NCBI RefSeq assembly: GCF_006345805.1
Contig: NC_043003.1
Coordinates: forward strand, 51,150,001 to 51,214,000
Source: Octopus sinensis
Taxonomy: Eukaryota
Length of the DNA stretch: 64,000 nt
Direction: 5' to 3'
The notes under the pieces are model-generated. The model did no database searches and had not been told where the DNA came from. It saw only the letters and a program-made list of their open reading frames with translations. This document shows positions 1 through 11,529 of the stretch, piece after piece. Position 1 is the first letter of the stretch, and each line of letters begins with the position of its first letter. The position numbers and the translations under genes were made by a program.

Positions 1-1161
1 AATAAGTGCTAGACTTAAAAGAAAAACATTAGCTTAAAGATTGATGATTTAAAACCCTTCAATGCGGTTCTCCAGCATAATCGCAGTCAAATGACTGAAA
101 CAAGTAAAAGATAAAAAGATTGTGTCCAAGACATAGTACATCAGGGTGAGGATGGGGTATATAGCATGGTTGCAGCTAGAATACCTTTGATCATTAGTAC
201 ATAGTATCGACTCCCAGTAATTGATTAGTCATTTATTTTATTTTATCGACCCCGAAAAAATGAAAAGCGAAGAAGTTGTCATCGGTGGATTTAATCTAAG
301 AACATGCATGTTAATGCGTGTGTGCATATATGTGTGTACATGTGTTCGCTTGCAATGTTTCCCACGAACGAAACATTTTGCTTAACATACGTGATGAAAG
401 TGATATCAGTTGTTATAGCTTTAAGCTTGAAATTAATTATTTGTTTCTAATGACGACGAACCTCAAGGAAAAAACTGGGAATTTTACGAACGTAACGGCG
501 TTGTAAGTAAAGTGAAATGGCTTCACCTGGGGATTTGAAATTGTATCATGGACTGCCGCTCTATTTTCAAATACATTACCCCTTCATATGCAATTTAAAC
601 ACTATACCTACATCATACCACGCTACTTTATACCACATACCACTGCACTGCAAAAAACTGCGCGCGTACCGCTTTCCACGAGAAAGAGGGTGCCTCTGGG
701 TAGTCGGTCAACCTTTTAGAAATAGCAACCGAATTCCCTCAAATTACACCCTATTATTATCTTCAAAAAAGAAAGGACACATTAGCCTGTGTAGTTTTGG
801 ATATCTCTAAAATTACTGGATAGTCAAAGCTGGAATACTGCTTGATCATACGTTTCCTAAATCAAACTAGGGTTAAGCAACAACAACTCCACACTACACT
901 ACATTGTAAGTTGCCATTGTGCGACTAAAGATCAAACTCACCTCGCTGTATTCCGTATTTGATTAATTATAATTAATTATAATTCATTATAATTTCTGCG
1001 TCGTCTAACTTCCCTTTTAAAACCAGAATCAGTTAAACATCATTCTATTTAAAACCATTACAACATTTTTTCAGGAGACGGACTTTCTCGGGACCCTGTA
1101 CTGGTGTTATAAAATTCAGTTCATAATAAAAGAATGTAACTCGTGTATGATTATATTAAAT

Positions 1162-2335
1162 ATGTTTTGCAAACAACTTGCACATGCAAGTGCTACCGAT
1201 CGAAAGCTCCGCATACCGGAAGCCAACAAATGTATGGGATCATCGGGAGAGAATGTGCGCCGTTTTGGGACCTACCTCTCGACGGCATCATTGCACACCG
1301 GTCCCCATTACTGACATGAGGCCCGGCTTGCTAAATCACCTGGTTATCAACTATAGCTCAATATTCTTCTAGCCATCGCTCATCGTCTCATTTTAACCAA
1401 ATCCAGTGGCTAGCCTTTTCCATTGTAGTTTGGATATCGTTCATGGTGGTATTTACTTTACGATGAGTTAAGCCTAATGATAACAACAGTCGCTTCATAC
1501 TGTGTCTAACGAATCATCTGCATCCGACTTCGATTGGAAAATACTCCGCTTTCCAGCCTGTGTCATCACATTCCTCGAGGAGGCCTGATCCTCCTGCTTG
1601 ATCCACACTTTCCTTTCGCTAATCGGTTACCATCCTTCACTCCAAATAATTCCTTTCCTGTATCGTATATTGAGCTTAACTTTCTGTTTCTCCACTGTGG
1701 ATCCTGTCACTTTATAAAGAGCTTGGCATACCTTGTTCTCAAATTCTTTATATCTTCCTTTCTCATTAGCAGCCAGTCACAGAACCCTCGGTTTCCTTCG
1801 AATTCTATCTGATGCACTAGTCTCATGACCTGCAGCTTCCTGTCGGGAAGAGGTCTTTGCTGTAACATTTATCGATCCGCTGTGGCTTGCATCGGGGGAT
1901 TATTTACCACGTGTTTCACGATCACATGATCCACACTGCTCTGTCCTCTTCCTACAAGTCTTACCCTGATGAATCTTCAAGCCGCTCTCGGTTGCAAACG
2001 TCCTACAGCACAGCTTGCAACCAAAGTTGCTTGCACTACGTTCGCTGTTCGAAGGAATAGCCATATTCATGTCCAAGGTCATTTCCGTGTTAACTGGGCT
2101 TGATTGATTCTCGACCCCACCCTCTCGGTCAACCATGGGGCTGTCATTCTCATTGGTAGTTGTTACAACATGTTGCAGAGGTGAGGATTGGAAGTCCGCA
2201 GCCTCCACCAGTCTTTTCTGGTGTCGATAGTCTTTCCCATTGTCAGCTCTTCTTTCGAGCAGTCCTCTTGTTTTTCCCAGATGCCTAACCGTCTTCCGGT
2301 ATGTTAGTGGTTACCTACCACAAGGTCTTAGATGT
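1162..2335 (-). mobile_element. HERO-like (R2 superfamily, RLE) non-LTR retrotransposon with large internal deletion
   Basis: N-terminal zinc finger CKLCCRTFATESGLKIHQGKTC (ORF 1900-2208) runs near 1580 into C-terminal LLEECDDTGWKAEYFPIEVGCR...KASHWIWLK and the 3'UTR. No RT motifs lie between. Confidence 0.75.
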
Positions 2336-2715
2336 TTTGAAAACAACTTGCACACGCATATGCTACCTGTCGAAAACTCCTCATACCGGAAGTCAGCAAG
2401 TGTATGGGGTCAACAGGAAAGAATGCGCGCCGTTTTGGGACCTACCTCTCGACGGCATCATTGCGCACCGCCGCACCCCTTCCTTGACATGAGGCCCCGC
2501 TTGCTAGATCAACTGGTTATCAAATATAGCTCAATATTCTTCAAGTCATCGCAAATCGTCTCTTTTTAATAAAATTCAGTGGCTAGCCTTTTCCACTGGT
2601 GTTTGGATATCGTTCGTGGTGGTATTTGCTTTACGATGAGTTAGCCCTAACGATAGCAACAGTCGCCTCACACTGTGTCAACGAATCCTCTACATCCGAC
2701 TTCGATTGGAAAATA
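2333..2715 (-). mobile_element. 5'-truncated 3' end of a second HERO-like copy
   Basis: YFPIEVGCRGFV plus a 3'UTR that is a diverged direct repeat of 1162-1543 (38 nt identical, 1257-1294 vs 2427-2464). Confidence 0.75.
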
Positions 2716-3900
2716 ACTAAAATTCGCAATAGCTGAAAATGTTGATTCGTATAAATATACTCCATTAAACAGTAGAAGAGTTGCTATTGTTACTCCAGAT
2801 GATGCTGGGTATTCTGGTTTCTTATGCACCCAAAAAGCACCCAAATTTATTTTTTCAAAATTCAAGTTCAGCCTTCAAAGAAAATTATTTAACTGTTCGA
2901 TTACTACAGTGAATAGCATGTGGTCTAAATGTAATACACAACTGTCTACATCTGGCAGAAAATATTTGCAAAACTATTTCTCTATCATTACCAAATGCTT
3001 CGCTAGGATCTGTTTAATCAAATTAAAAGTCGAAATATTTTCACAGACAAAATCATCACTAAATGAAAACATTTCAAATTTACCATGCCTTACTATACTC
3101 TTTTACTCTTTTACTCTTTTACTTGTTTCAGTCATTTGACTGCGGCCATGCTGGAGCACCGCCCTTAGTCGAGCAAATCGACCCCAGGACTTATTCTTTG
3201 TGAGCCTAGTATTTATTCTATCGGTCTCTTTTGCCGAACCGCTAAGTTACAGGGACGTAAACACACCAGCATCGATTGTCAAGCGATGTTGGGGGGAGGA
3301 CAAACACAGACACACGAACACACACGCATACATATACATATATACGACGGGCTTCTTTCAGTTTCCGTCTGTCAAATCCACTCACAAAGCTTTGGTCGGC
3401 CCGAATCTATAGTAGAAGACACTTACCCAAGGTACCACGCAGTGGGACTGAACCCGGAACCATGTGGTTGGTAAGCAAACTACTTACCACACAGTCACTC
3501 CTGCGCCTATTTTTTACGTTTATTTCTTTTCCTAAACGCTTCAGTTTTATCTTACAAATTGAAAATATTTGTGACATGAATTCCACTGAGGTTCTTAGAT
3601 ATGCCTGACAAATAGTATAATTTAGAAACAAATGCATTTCCCGGGATGAATACTGCGAAATCTGAGTTCTTTTCCAATAACGACTTCACTTCCGCCAGTT
3701 GTCGCAAAGTTTGTCCTTTTGGCAGCCAATACTCTTCTGTAAGCAGTAAAAGTTTACTGAACTCTGATCCTATATCCCGCTATACATTTTTAAGTAGACG
3801 GTTATTTGACATTTAATGATATTGATATTTTTAATGACATGTTTTGTGTTTGCCACGAATGCTTCTTAATGAAGATTCAAAATGAAATCTAATTTGAAAT
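2716..3900 (-). mobile_element. Degenerate hAT (Buster/Charlie-type) transposase fragment, interrupted by a SINE
   Basis: Frameshifted GSEFSKLLLLTEEYWLPKG, KHL..IEK.FCKYF and FWVHKKPEYP...YLYESTFSAI resemble the LLLHTEVRWLSRG and hAT dimerisation motifs. Confidence 0.7.
3127..3510 (-). mobile_element. tRNA-head SINE, family A
   Basis: Reverse complement has an A-box-like TGACTGTGTGG and a B-box-like GGTTCAGTCCC head plus an internal (CA)/(TA) tract. Homologous to 27054-27443, 26340-26500, 48481-48640 and 56160-56290. Confidence 0.85.
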
Positions 3901-3978
3901 CGAACGGTTTTCCTATCATTGATGTTGCATTCTCAGTACATGTACTCTGGTAGGGCAGGCTTGTTTTACTGTTTCTGT

Positions 3979-4030
<52 letters not shown>

Positions 4031-4184
4031 TATATATAGCGTTCAGATGTATAAAAAGGTGGAAATAAAGTGATAAGTAGGTTGAAAGTAAATAGGATGG
4101 TATACTGGCCAACTACGAGTAGCGAGCAATGAAATTCTTACATTCTCCTGATTTCCTATGATTTAGGCTGCCTCATGGTCCCAG

Positions 4185-4395
4185 CAGCCAAAATAAAAAA
4201 GGCGTTGCTCCGGAGGATGACAAGGGAGATATACTGGAACAGCCACTCTGGCTCAAAGGGCTAGCACTTGCAAACAGCCATCTCCGCCCCGATAGCGATG
4301 AGCAAGGATATGGTCCGGGGGCTGAGACCGCCGGAGGTGCCCACTACCACAGGATCGACCATAAACTTCTCAGAGAGTGACCGATGGACCAATAC
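4185..4395 (-). mobile_element. CRE-clade non-LTR retrotransposon C-terminal (RLE) fragment
   Basis: FMVDPVVVGTSGGLSPRTISLLIAIG...EWLFQYISLVILRSNA resembles the CRE C-terminus (FVPVAVETLG...FLFQRISIAIQRGNA). Confidence 0.6.
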
Positions 4396-4639
4396 CTTTC
4401 TAAATAAAAAGAAATTGTCCACTTTGACATCTTCTGTTGTACGTTCATCTAAATGTCACAAATTATCTCATTATGGCAATCTACCACCATTTCTTTCGGT
4501 CATCCAGAAATTTCATTATAGTATGCAATCGGCGGTGAAACCTCGGAACCCTTTTATGTCTAGGTGGGGGTAAAATAAGGATGCATCCTTGTTCTTGTAC
4601 TGTTTAACAGTTATCTGGTGGCTTTATTCCAGGAGACAG

Positions 4640-5400
4640 GTCACCGAAGAGGACGGAACTCGTATCAAGTACCGCTATGATGAATGCATCACACAACCTG
4701 AAAGCACATCAAAAACCCCTCTCAAGCACGGTATACGAGATTTGGTATGCCAACGATTCAGCTGCACCATCACATACCCACTTTTCTCTTCAACAAATGA
4801 TAAACTCAATGAACCGTGCGTAATCTCTGATCGGTCTTCAATCAGCCTTCCCGTCCTCACCATCTCTTCAGCCCGTCCATATTGATGATGCACCTCTACC
4901 GTAAAAGAACTCATTCGATTATCTTGGAAACATGATAACTAACACTGGACTACTCGATGAGGAGATACTCTGTCGAATCAACTTGGCGTCTACATCATTC
5001 GCGAGACTCAGTGAACGTGTCTTTCGGAACAAGAACCTTAGAGCAAGTACAAAAATCTCTGTTTATCGAGTTTTCTTTGTGTGTCCATTCTCCAGTATGG
5101 ATCTGAGTGGTGTTCCCTTTACCAACGTCATATCATTCAACCAGAAGCGTTCCACATCAGGCTGCTCCAAAGTATCCTCAGTCTCACGTGGCAGGACAAG
5201 GTACCTCATACCGAAATTCCACCAAGGGCTTGGATCTACAGCGCTGAGGCCTGAACCCTCCGTCGTCTTCTCCGCTAGGTTGGCCATACGATCCGGATAC
5301 CAGTAACCGGCTCCCAAAGATGGTCCTTTGGGGGACAGAGACTGCAGGTAAACCTCATAGACAGCCAAACTTCGTCTTCTCGATTAGCTCAAGTGATCTC
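4640..5400 (+). mobile_element. RTE/BovB-like LINE reverse transcriptase C-terminal fragment
   Basis: GTRIKYRYD and LDEEILCRINLASTSFARLSERVFRNKNLRASTKISVYR; frameshifted. Confidence 0.75.
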
Positions 5401-5980
5401 TTTTTATGCGGTTACCCTCCCAATCGCTTGGAGGCCCTGGAAGGCCCCCTGGAAGGCATAGCGTCCTTTTGTGATGCTTGATGAAAGCGTTTTGAAACCG
5501 AACGCAGGAGACCGCATAAAGAGAAGACAAGACGTCGTCATCAACCCCCTACGGCCATTGTTCGGAGGTGCTTTCAATACCCTCAGTGCCACAAGATCTG
5601 TGTATCTAATATTGATCTTGTCAGCCACCTCCACTCCCATGGGAGACAATGTACTGGAAATTGTGGAAGATGAATGTCCTAGAGCAAAGCTGTCATCACA
5701 TTTGATAGGCCTTCAAAAGAACAAGAAAAGAATTTCATTTCTAAACTATATTGCTTTTTCAATCTTTACTTATCACAGCTCTTAAGAAGAATCGATATTA
5801 GGACAGAAATAATCAAAACACACACACACACACATATACACGCACGCACACACACGCATACATATTCTACAGAAATGTTTACTAACTCAACTACTCAAGA
5901 AATTGTTTTCGATTTGTAAGTAGAATTTTGTTGACATGCAGACACATATGCACACAGATACAAACATGCATATATTCATG

Positions 5981-6052
<72 letters not shown>

Positions 6053-6152
6053 AGGCAAAGTAACTTCCAGCTGTGCGGACAATACCGGACTGACTTGATG
6101 CCTCAACTTAATTACCTAATTCAACTGAATCTTAATTATTTCTTTTATATAT

Positions 6153-6202
<50 letters not shown>

Positions 6203-6221
6203 TACATGCATTCATATAGTC

Positions 6222-6422
6222 GCCATGATAGATCGTTAGCCACTACACAAAATTTTTTCTCTCCTTGTTTCTCTCCTTGTTTTTTCTGTGTCCCTTTCTG
6301 TAGAAGATCGTAGGCTTGAAACGTAAAAGACTTTTTCTATTCCTGAGCGTTATACTAATACATCTGTTTGTTTTGTACACCACCTGTCTTCGTCTTTTGT
6401 TTTTTTTTTTTTTCGTAAACTC

Positions 6423-6425
<3 letters not shown>
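6222..6425 (+). mobile_element. Penelope-like terminal repeat fragment with hammerhead-like motif
   Basis: CTTT-CTGTAGA-A-GATC-GTAG-GCTT-GAAACGTA-AAAG at 6294-6329, embedded between (TA)n tracts. Confidence 0.45.
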
Positions 6426-6457
<32 letters not shown>

Positions 6458-7066
6458 GCATGTGTGTGTACGTTTACAGACACATACCAACACACTTCTA
6501 TGTATGAGTTTGTGTGTGTACGTTTGTATGTGTATGTAAACATAATCTTGCTGCAGAAATTTGCTTACATAAGAAATTTGCTTCCATACTGAAGGGACCA
6601 CACGTGATCAGGAATCACAATGTTTACAGCAAAACTATGTTTAACAGCGCTACCTGGCTTTTGGATGCCTTTAGCAGGGTCCCTTATTTTCCGAGCATTT
6701 GAATAAGGCCCCCAGTTTGAGGACAGCTCGGGCCCGTTTTCTCACTAATCTCGGAAGCTCTAAGGGAGAAGCATGAGAGTTGCTCTTCCTTGTCTGATAA
6801 AGCAGTATTTTGTTTTTATACCTTTTATCTTGTGCTTGCTTCAATCACTTGACTGTGGTCATGCTGGGGCATCGCCTTAAAAGGGCTTACTCGAACAAAC
6901 CGACTTCAGTACTTACCTTCTTTAAGTCTGATATCTGTTCTATTAATCTCTTTTCGTTGAAGCGCTAAGTTACAGGCACATGGGCAAACCCAGCATCGGT
7001 TGTCAAGCAGTTGGAGCAAACTCAAAGAAATAGAAACACACACACTCACACACAGACACACACATA

Positions 7067-7196
7067 CAGTAATGCCTCGATATACGAGTTAATTCGTTAC
7101 CGGAGAACTTCGTAAAGCGAAAACTCGTAAACAGAAAATAAAATTCGTAAATCCAGGGCCTCGTAAAGCGGGGCCTCGTAAAGTGAAGTGTTACTG
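7067..7196. mobile_element. Tigger/pogo-type MITE (130 bp)
   Basis: Imperfect ~22-bp TIRs CAGTAATGCCTCGATATACGAG and CTCGTAAAGTGAAGTGTTACTG, with TA on both flanks. Confidence 0.75.
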
Positions 7197-7373
7197 TATA
7201 CATACAATAATATATATACATAGCCAAAAGTTACCTGACAGTAAATCAAAACCGTTTAATCCCAATATTTATTTATGTTTAACAACTGAATGAATTTAAT
7301 AAAAGCATCTAAATATGATGGATAAGAAATTATTAGATGTATAAGCCCTAAAATTCACGCCATAATTGCCAAC

Positions 7374-7600
7374 GGTCATATGGCGTAGTGAATAAGAGCG
7401 ACAGCTACTAACCCCAAGATTCCGAATTTGATTCCAATAATAATAATAATGATAATACCACCATCACCTTAGGAATGAGAACCCAGGTTCGAAATTTCCC
7501 CAAAAAACACCTGATGAAGACTAGAGGGTATATCAGCCGAAACGTCTGATAACACCAAAGATGAGGGAAAATGTCCGTCAAATGTAAATAATGTAAATAA
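7374..7600 (+). mobile_element. tRNA-head SINE-like element ending in a hammerhead-like motif
   Basis: A-box TGGCGTAGTGA (7381), degenerate B-box GAATTTGATTCC (7424), (AAT)n spacer, then CTGATGA...CAGCC-GAAACGTC (7511-7546). Confidence 0.55.
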
Positions 7601-7609
7601 ATATCATGA

Positions 7610-7746
7610 AAATTGTTCAAACTGAAGTCCTTCTTGAGCGACACATTTTTCCATTCGAGTTAGAATTACAGGAATACAGAAATACAATACAGATAGCAAG
7701 TATGGAATTTTGATTTACTGTCGAGTGACTTTTGACCAGCCCTGTA
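7610..7746 (-). mobile_element. Possible Tc1/mariner terminal fragment
   Basis: Reverse complement begins TA-CAGGGCTGGTCAAAAGTCACTCGACAG next to a (TACA)n tract. Only one end seen. Confidence 0.35.
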
Positions 7747-7812
7747 TATGTATGTATACATACATGCATGCATGCATACATACATACATACATACATACA
7801 TACATACATACA

Positions 7813-7843
<31 letters not shown>

Positions 7844-8580
7844 GTATATATGTATATAGACAACAGGCTTCCACTCACTTCCTTGTACCGAATTTACTCA
7901 CGATGTATTGGTCAGTCTCGGACTATTAGTAGAAAGGCACTTGCCCAAGGTGCCGCGCAGTGGAACTGAACTCGATTATTAATACGTGACCTTGTACAAA
8001 ATATATTATCACTGGATTTTGCTCGAAAAGAAAACATTGTCCGCAAGGAATATAAAGTGGGTTTCGTATGTTACATCGGACCCAAGTAAGGGTCTGTGAA
8101 GTTATGACAGGCGCCACTGTAAAAGAAATCCTCGCAGTAAACATTATTCTTGCGAACCAACGAAGGAGATTTTATGTAGTCGCTAAACATGCTAGAAATA
8201 GTAACTAAGTTTCCCTTATCCCTATCTCACGCTATTGTTTTTAAAATGGTAGTGACACATTGGATAGCGAAGTCTCGGGTGCACAACGGAGTGCTGAAAA
8301 GTTCTAGGTTTTAAGGGTACGGCGAAAGGCCTGGCTGGAGCTCAACTTTCCAAGTTCTTTTACAGGGCTAAGACAAACTGAAGGGCCGCTGCAATAAGTG
8401 CAAGAAACTGAGAGGGGAATATGTTAAATAAAACCATAATTAACTGATCATCCCGTATTTTCTTTTACCTAAAGCCAGGAACTTTTCAACACCCCCTTCC
8501 CTCGTATGTCTGAAAAGCAAGAGATTTAAATAACAACATCAGCATCTACTCTTAAGAAATCAAACATTATCTGTACTTAC

Positions 8581-8908
8581 CTGGTGCTTTGCTTGTTGCG
8601 CAATAATGGCCGTAGACTTTGATAACAGGTGTCAATTTGAAACTGGAATTAAGCATCTCATTGTTGACCCGTTCGATACCCTGTTCGATAGCCGGACCTA
8701 TTCGGGGTATACTGAAAGGGTAGCCTTCATAATCCAGTCCGAGTACGCCGACTTTGATCTCTATGGTGTCGCTGCTGGTGTCGATGTTGTTGGTGTTGTT
8801 GGTGTTGTTGTTGTTTACAGTGGGGAGCACTGTCGTTATTGAAAGGGTCCCGTGAAAAAACCAATTGAGGGCGATCACAATTGACCAGTAGGACATTGAC
8901 GAATCCAT
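8581..8908 (-). CDS. First coding exon of a natriuretic peptide receptor / receptor guanylyl cyclase-like gene (signal peptide plus start of ANF_receptor ligand-binding domain)
   Basis: ATG at 8908 with an in-frame TGA a few codons upstream. Hydrophobic N-terminus MDSSMSYWSIVIALNWFFHGTLSITTV, then IKVGVLGLDYEGYPFSIPRIGPAIEQGIERVNNEML...YCATSKAP, typical of the ANF-receptor N-terminus. Ends at a consensus donor CAG|GTAAGT (8581|8580), phase 1. Confidence 0.85.
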
Positions 8909-9197
8909 TTGTGTACGTCAAGTGAGGATGATGGCAATGATGATAACGTCGGTGATGATGATGATGATGATGAGGAGGAGGAGGAGGAGGAGTAGGACGG
9001 GGTGAAAGCGGAGGAGAGTGGGGTTGATCAGGAGACGATGAAATTTATAAATCAACGGCAAGGTTGATGTTTTCTTCTGAAATTATGTCGTCCTTGTCAG
9101 TATTTGTAGTTGTTGAATGTTATTTTGTTGAATACGATGATAGTGACGACGATGGTGATGATGATGTTGATAATGATGGTTGTGGTGGTGGTGGTGA

Positions 9198-9277
9198 GAT
9201 GGAGGCGGTAAAATGGAGGCGGTAAGTTGGAGGCGGTAAGATGGAGGCGATAAGACGGAGGCGGTAAGATAGAGGCG
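9198..9277. repeat. 14-bp minisatellite (GATGGAGGCGGTAA), about 5.5 copies
   Basis: Units start at 9198, 9212, 9226, 9240, 9254 and 9268. Confidence 0.9.
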
Positions 9278-9670
9278 CTGGTTTGCTGTTGCTATTGTTG
9301 CTGATCAACCCTAGATCAGCCCTAATCGAACAGACCTATGATCACAGGCATACCGGCCATTACTGCCATGCTTTTCTGTTTTTGTTTAATAATGCTTTTG
9401 TTTTTGTTTTTGTTTCTTCTGCTTTTGGGCAGTAGTCTACAGGATCACATCTAATGAGTACTTCTATCTTTTTTAAAAACAAAAAAAAAACCTTTCAGAT
9501 ATAACAGTTTAAAGAAAATGCGGTTGCTATTTCTAGCAGGAAGAGCAACTGCATTGAGGAACCTTCCTTGTTGTTATCGTCGTCGGTGACGGAATCAGCT
9601 ACAGGGACTGCGACGGCGGCGGTGTGGTTATTGTTATTGTAGTAGGTTGCTGGTGATAAGAATGATGATT

Positions 9671-9708
<38 letters not shown>

Positions 9709-9969
9709 AATAATAATAATGATGTCGACGACATCGACGATATCATAAATGTATGGATGCTGCTAAACATGATGGCTATGATAATGATGATAACTATGAT
9801 CACTTAGATTTACAACCTAAGTACGTTAAAGGAGTATGCACATGCGTCATCTGTCGCATTCAAGACAAGCACACCAGCATTGTGACGACATATTTATATG
9901 TGTGTATCTGGGAAAGAGAAGGTATGTATGTAAGAATGTATGTATGTGTGCGTGTATGTCCGCGCGCCA

Positions 9970-9971
<2 letters not shown>

Positions 9972-10043
<72 letters not shown>

Positions 10044-10097
10044 GTATATGTATGTGTACATATATATATATATTTATATATATACATATATATATAT

Positions 10098-10187
<90 letters not shown>

Positions 10188-10277
10188 GTTGCGCCTGGGT
10201 CCACAGGTGTGAATGATCAATATACCTTTTCAAATATATACGTGTGTGATTGTATGTATGTATGCGTATGTATGTAT

Positions 10278-10324
<47 letters not shown>

Positions 10325-10353
10325 CCAATACACACACGCGCGCGAGCGCACAC

Positions 10354-10385
<32 letters not shown>

Positions 10386-10450
10386 GTACACACACATGTG
10401 CATGTATATATATATATTTATATATGTACATTGTGTGTGTGTGTGTATGT
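9972..10450. repeat. Compound (TA)n/(CA)n/(TG)n microsatellite block; similar blocks at 5810-6220, 7745-7860 (TACA), 11460-11525 (GATA), 13230-13365, 13585-13670, 17118-17195 (AAT), 26500-26640 (GT/GTGC), 34730-34810
   Basis: Directly visible simple repeats; they generate the spurious [10 protein letters not shown] ORFs. Confidence 0.98.
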
Positions 10451-11460
10451 GTGCATTGATGTGGGAGATACTTAACGGGGTGAACGGAGTGTGACAGTAT
10501 GAATCAATGTATTTGTCTTTGTCACCGTATAATCAAGGTGGGTTAAGTGGGAGGTTGTTTGTTTCCATATTAGTTCTGCAATTTTTTTTTATTCATTTGT
10601 TTATTTATTTATTTATTTATTTATTTATTGCATTTGCCTTTGTACTGGATTGTGCAATTTAGCTAATATACAGCTCGGGCATCAGAAAGTATGCAACACA
10701 AATAAACTAATAACAAAAATTACTTGACTGCTACAAAATAAGAGGAAGAGCAAATAATAATAATAATGATGATGATGATGATGATTTCATTTATTTGCCA
10801 CAAGAGCGAAGGGTAATAAAGTGCTCTGATGCTGTATCAGGCAGTGGCTCAAATGACTTCTGATCTTAACTGATTGGAAGTGCTATTATGTACATTGTTT
10901 TGTCTTGGTATAAAAGATGGGCTCCAGCAAATATTCTGCTCAATACCACAGATTTGCTTGTCAAATCAGAAGAAAATAAGTTAGGAAACTTACATACCGA
11001 CAACTTTCGAACACACAAACGATCAGCTTTAAAAAAGTGGGGTAAAATCCCTTTAATATCTACGACTACTTTGTGAATACTTATCCTTTCCTCTCTCCCT
11101 GAGTATTCGAAAATGTGAACATCATCCTCCTTTTTATTCTAAGAACACTGCCATTTCTCTCTGTGCGGTCATACAAAAGAACATATTTAGTTAATCTTAA
11201 AACGTTACTATCTAGAACTTGTTCTCTTTTCATTTTGACTCTCCCTGAGTATTCGAAAATGTAAACATCCTTTTCATTGCAAAAGTCCTACTGTATTCTC
11301 CCAACTGGATAGACAAATGAACATCTCAAGAAGACTTAAAAACTTTAATATATTACCCAAATATGTAAACACACCTGTTATTGCAACAACACAATTAAAT
11401 TCAGAAATTCAAAAATTCAACGACGTGTATATCAGTATATGTGTGTGTATGTATATATAT

Positions 11461-11501
<41 letters not shown>

Positions 11502-11529
11502 CAGATAGATAGATAGATAGATAGATAAT

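Noticed and set aside
930-1100. Strong minus-strand donor (GAG|GTGAGT near 940) as receptor exon 2
   Set aside because: The phase-1 frame from nearby acceptors hits stops and shows no ANF-receptor similarity.
9753-10494. Many ORFs rich in [14 protein letters not shown] (also 5891-6313, 7617-7969, 13143-13426, 26152-27025, 53786-54479)
   Set aside because: They are translations of dinucleotide and tetranucleotide microsatellites, not proteins.
11092-11270. ~30-bp direct repeat CTCTCCCTGAGTATTCGAAAATGT about 148 bp apart (CRISPR-like spacing)
   Set aside because: Only two copies in eukaryotic DNA with no cas genes; a local duplication.
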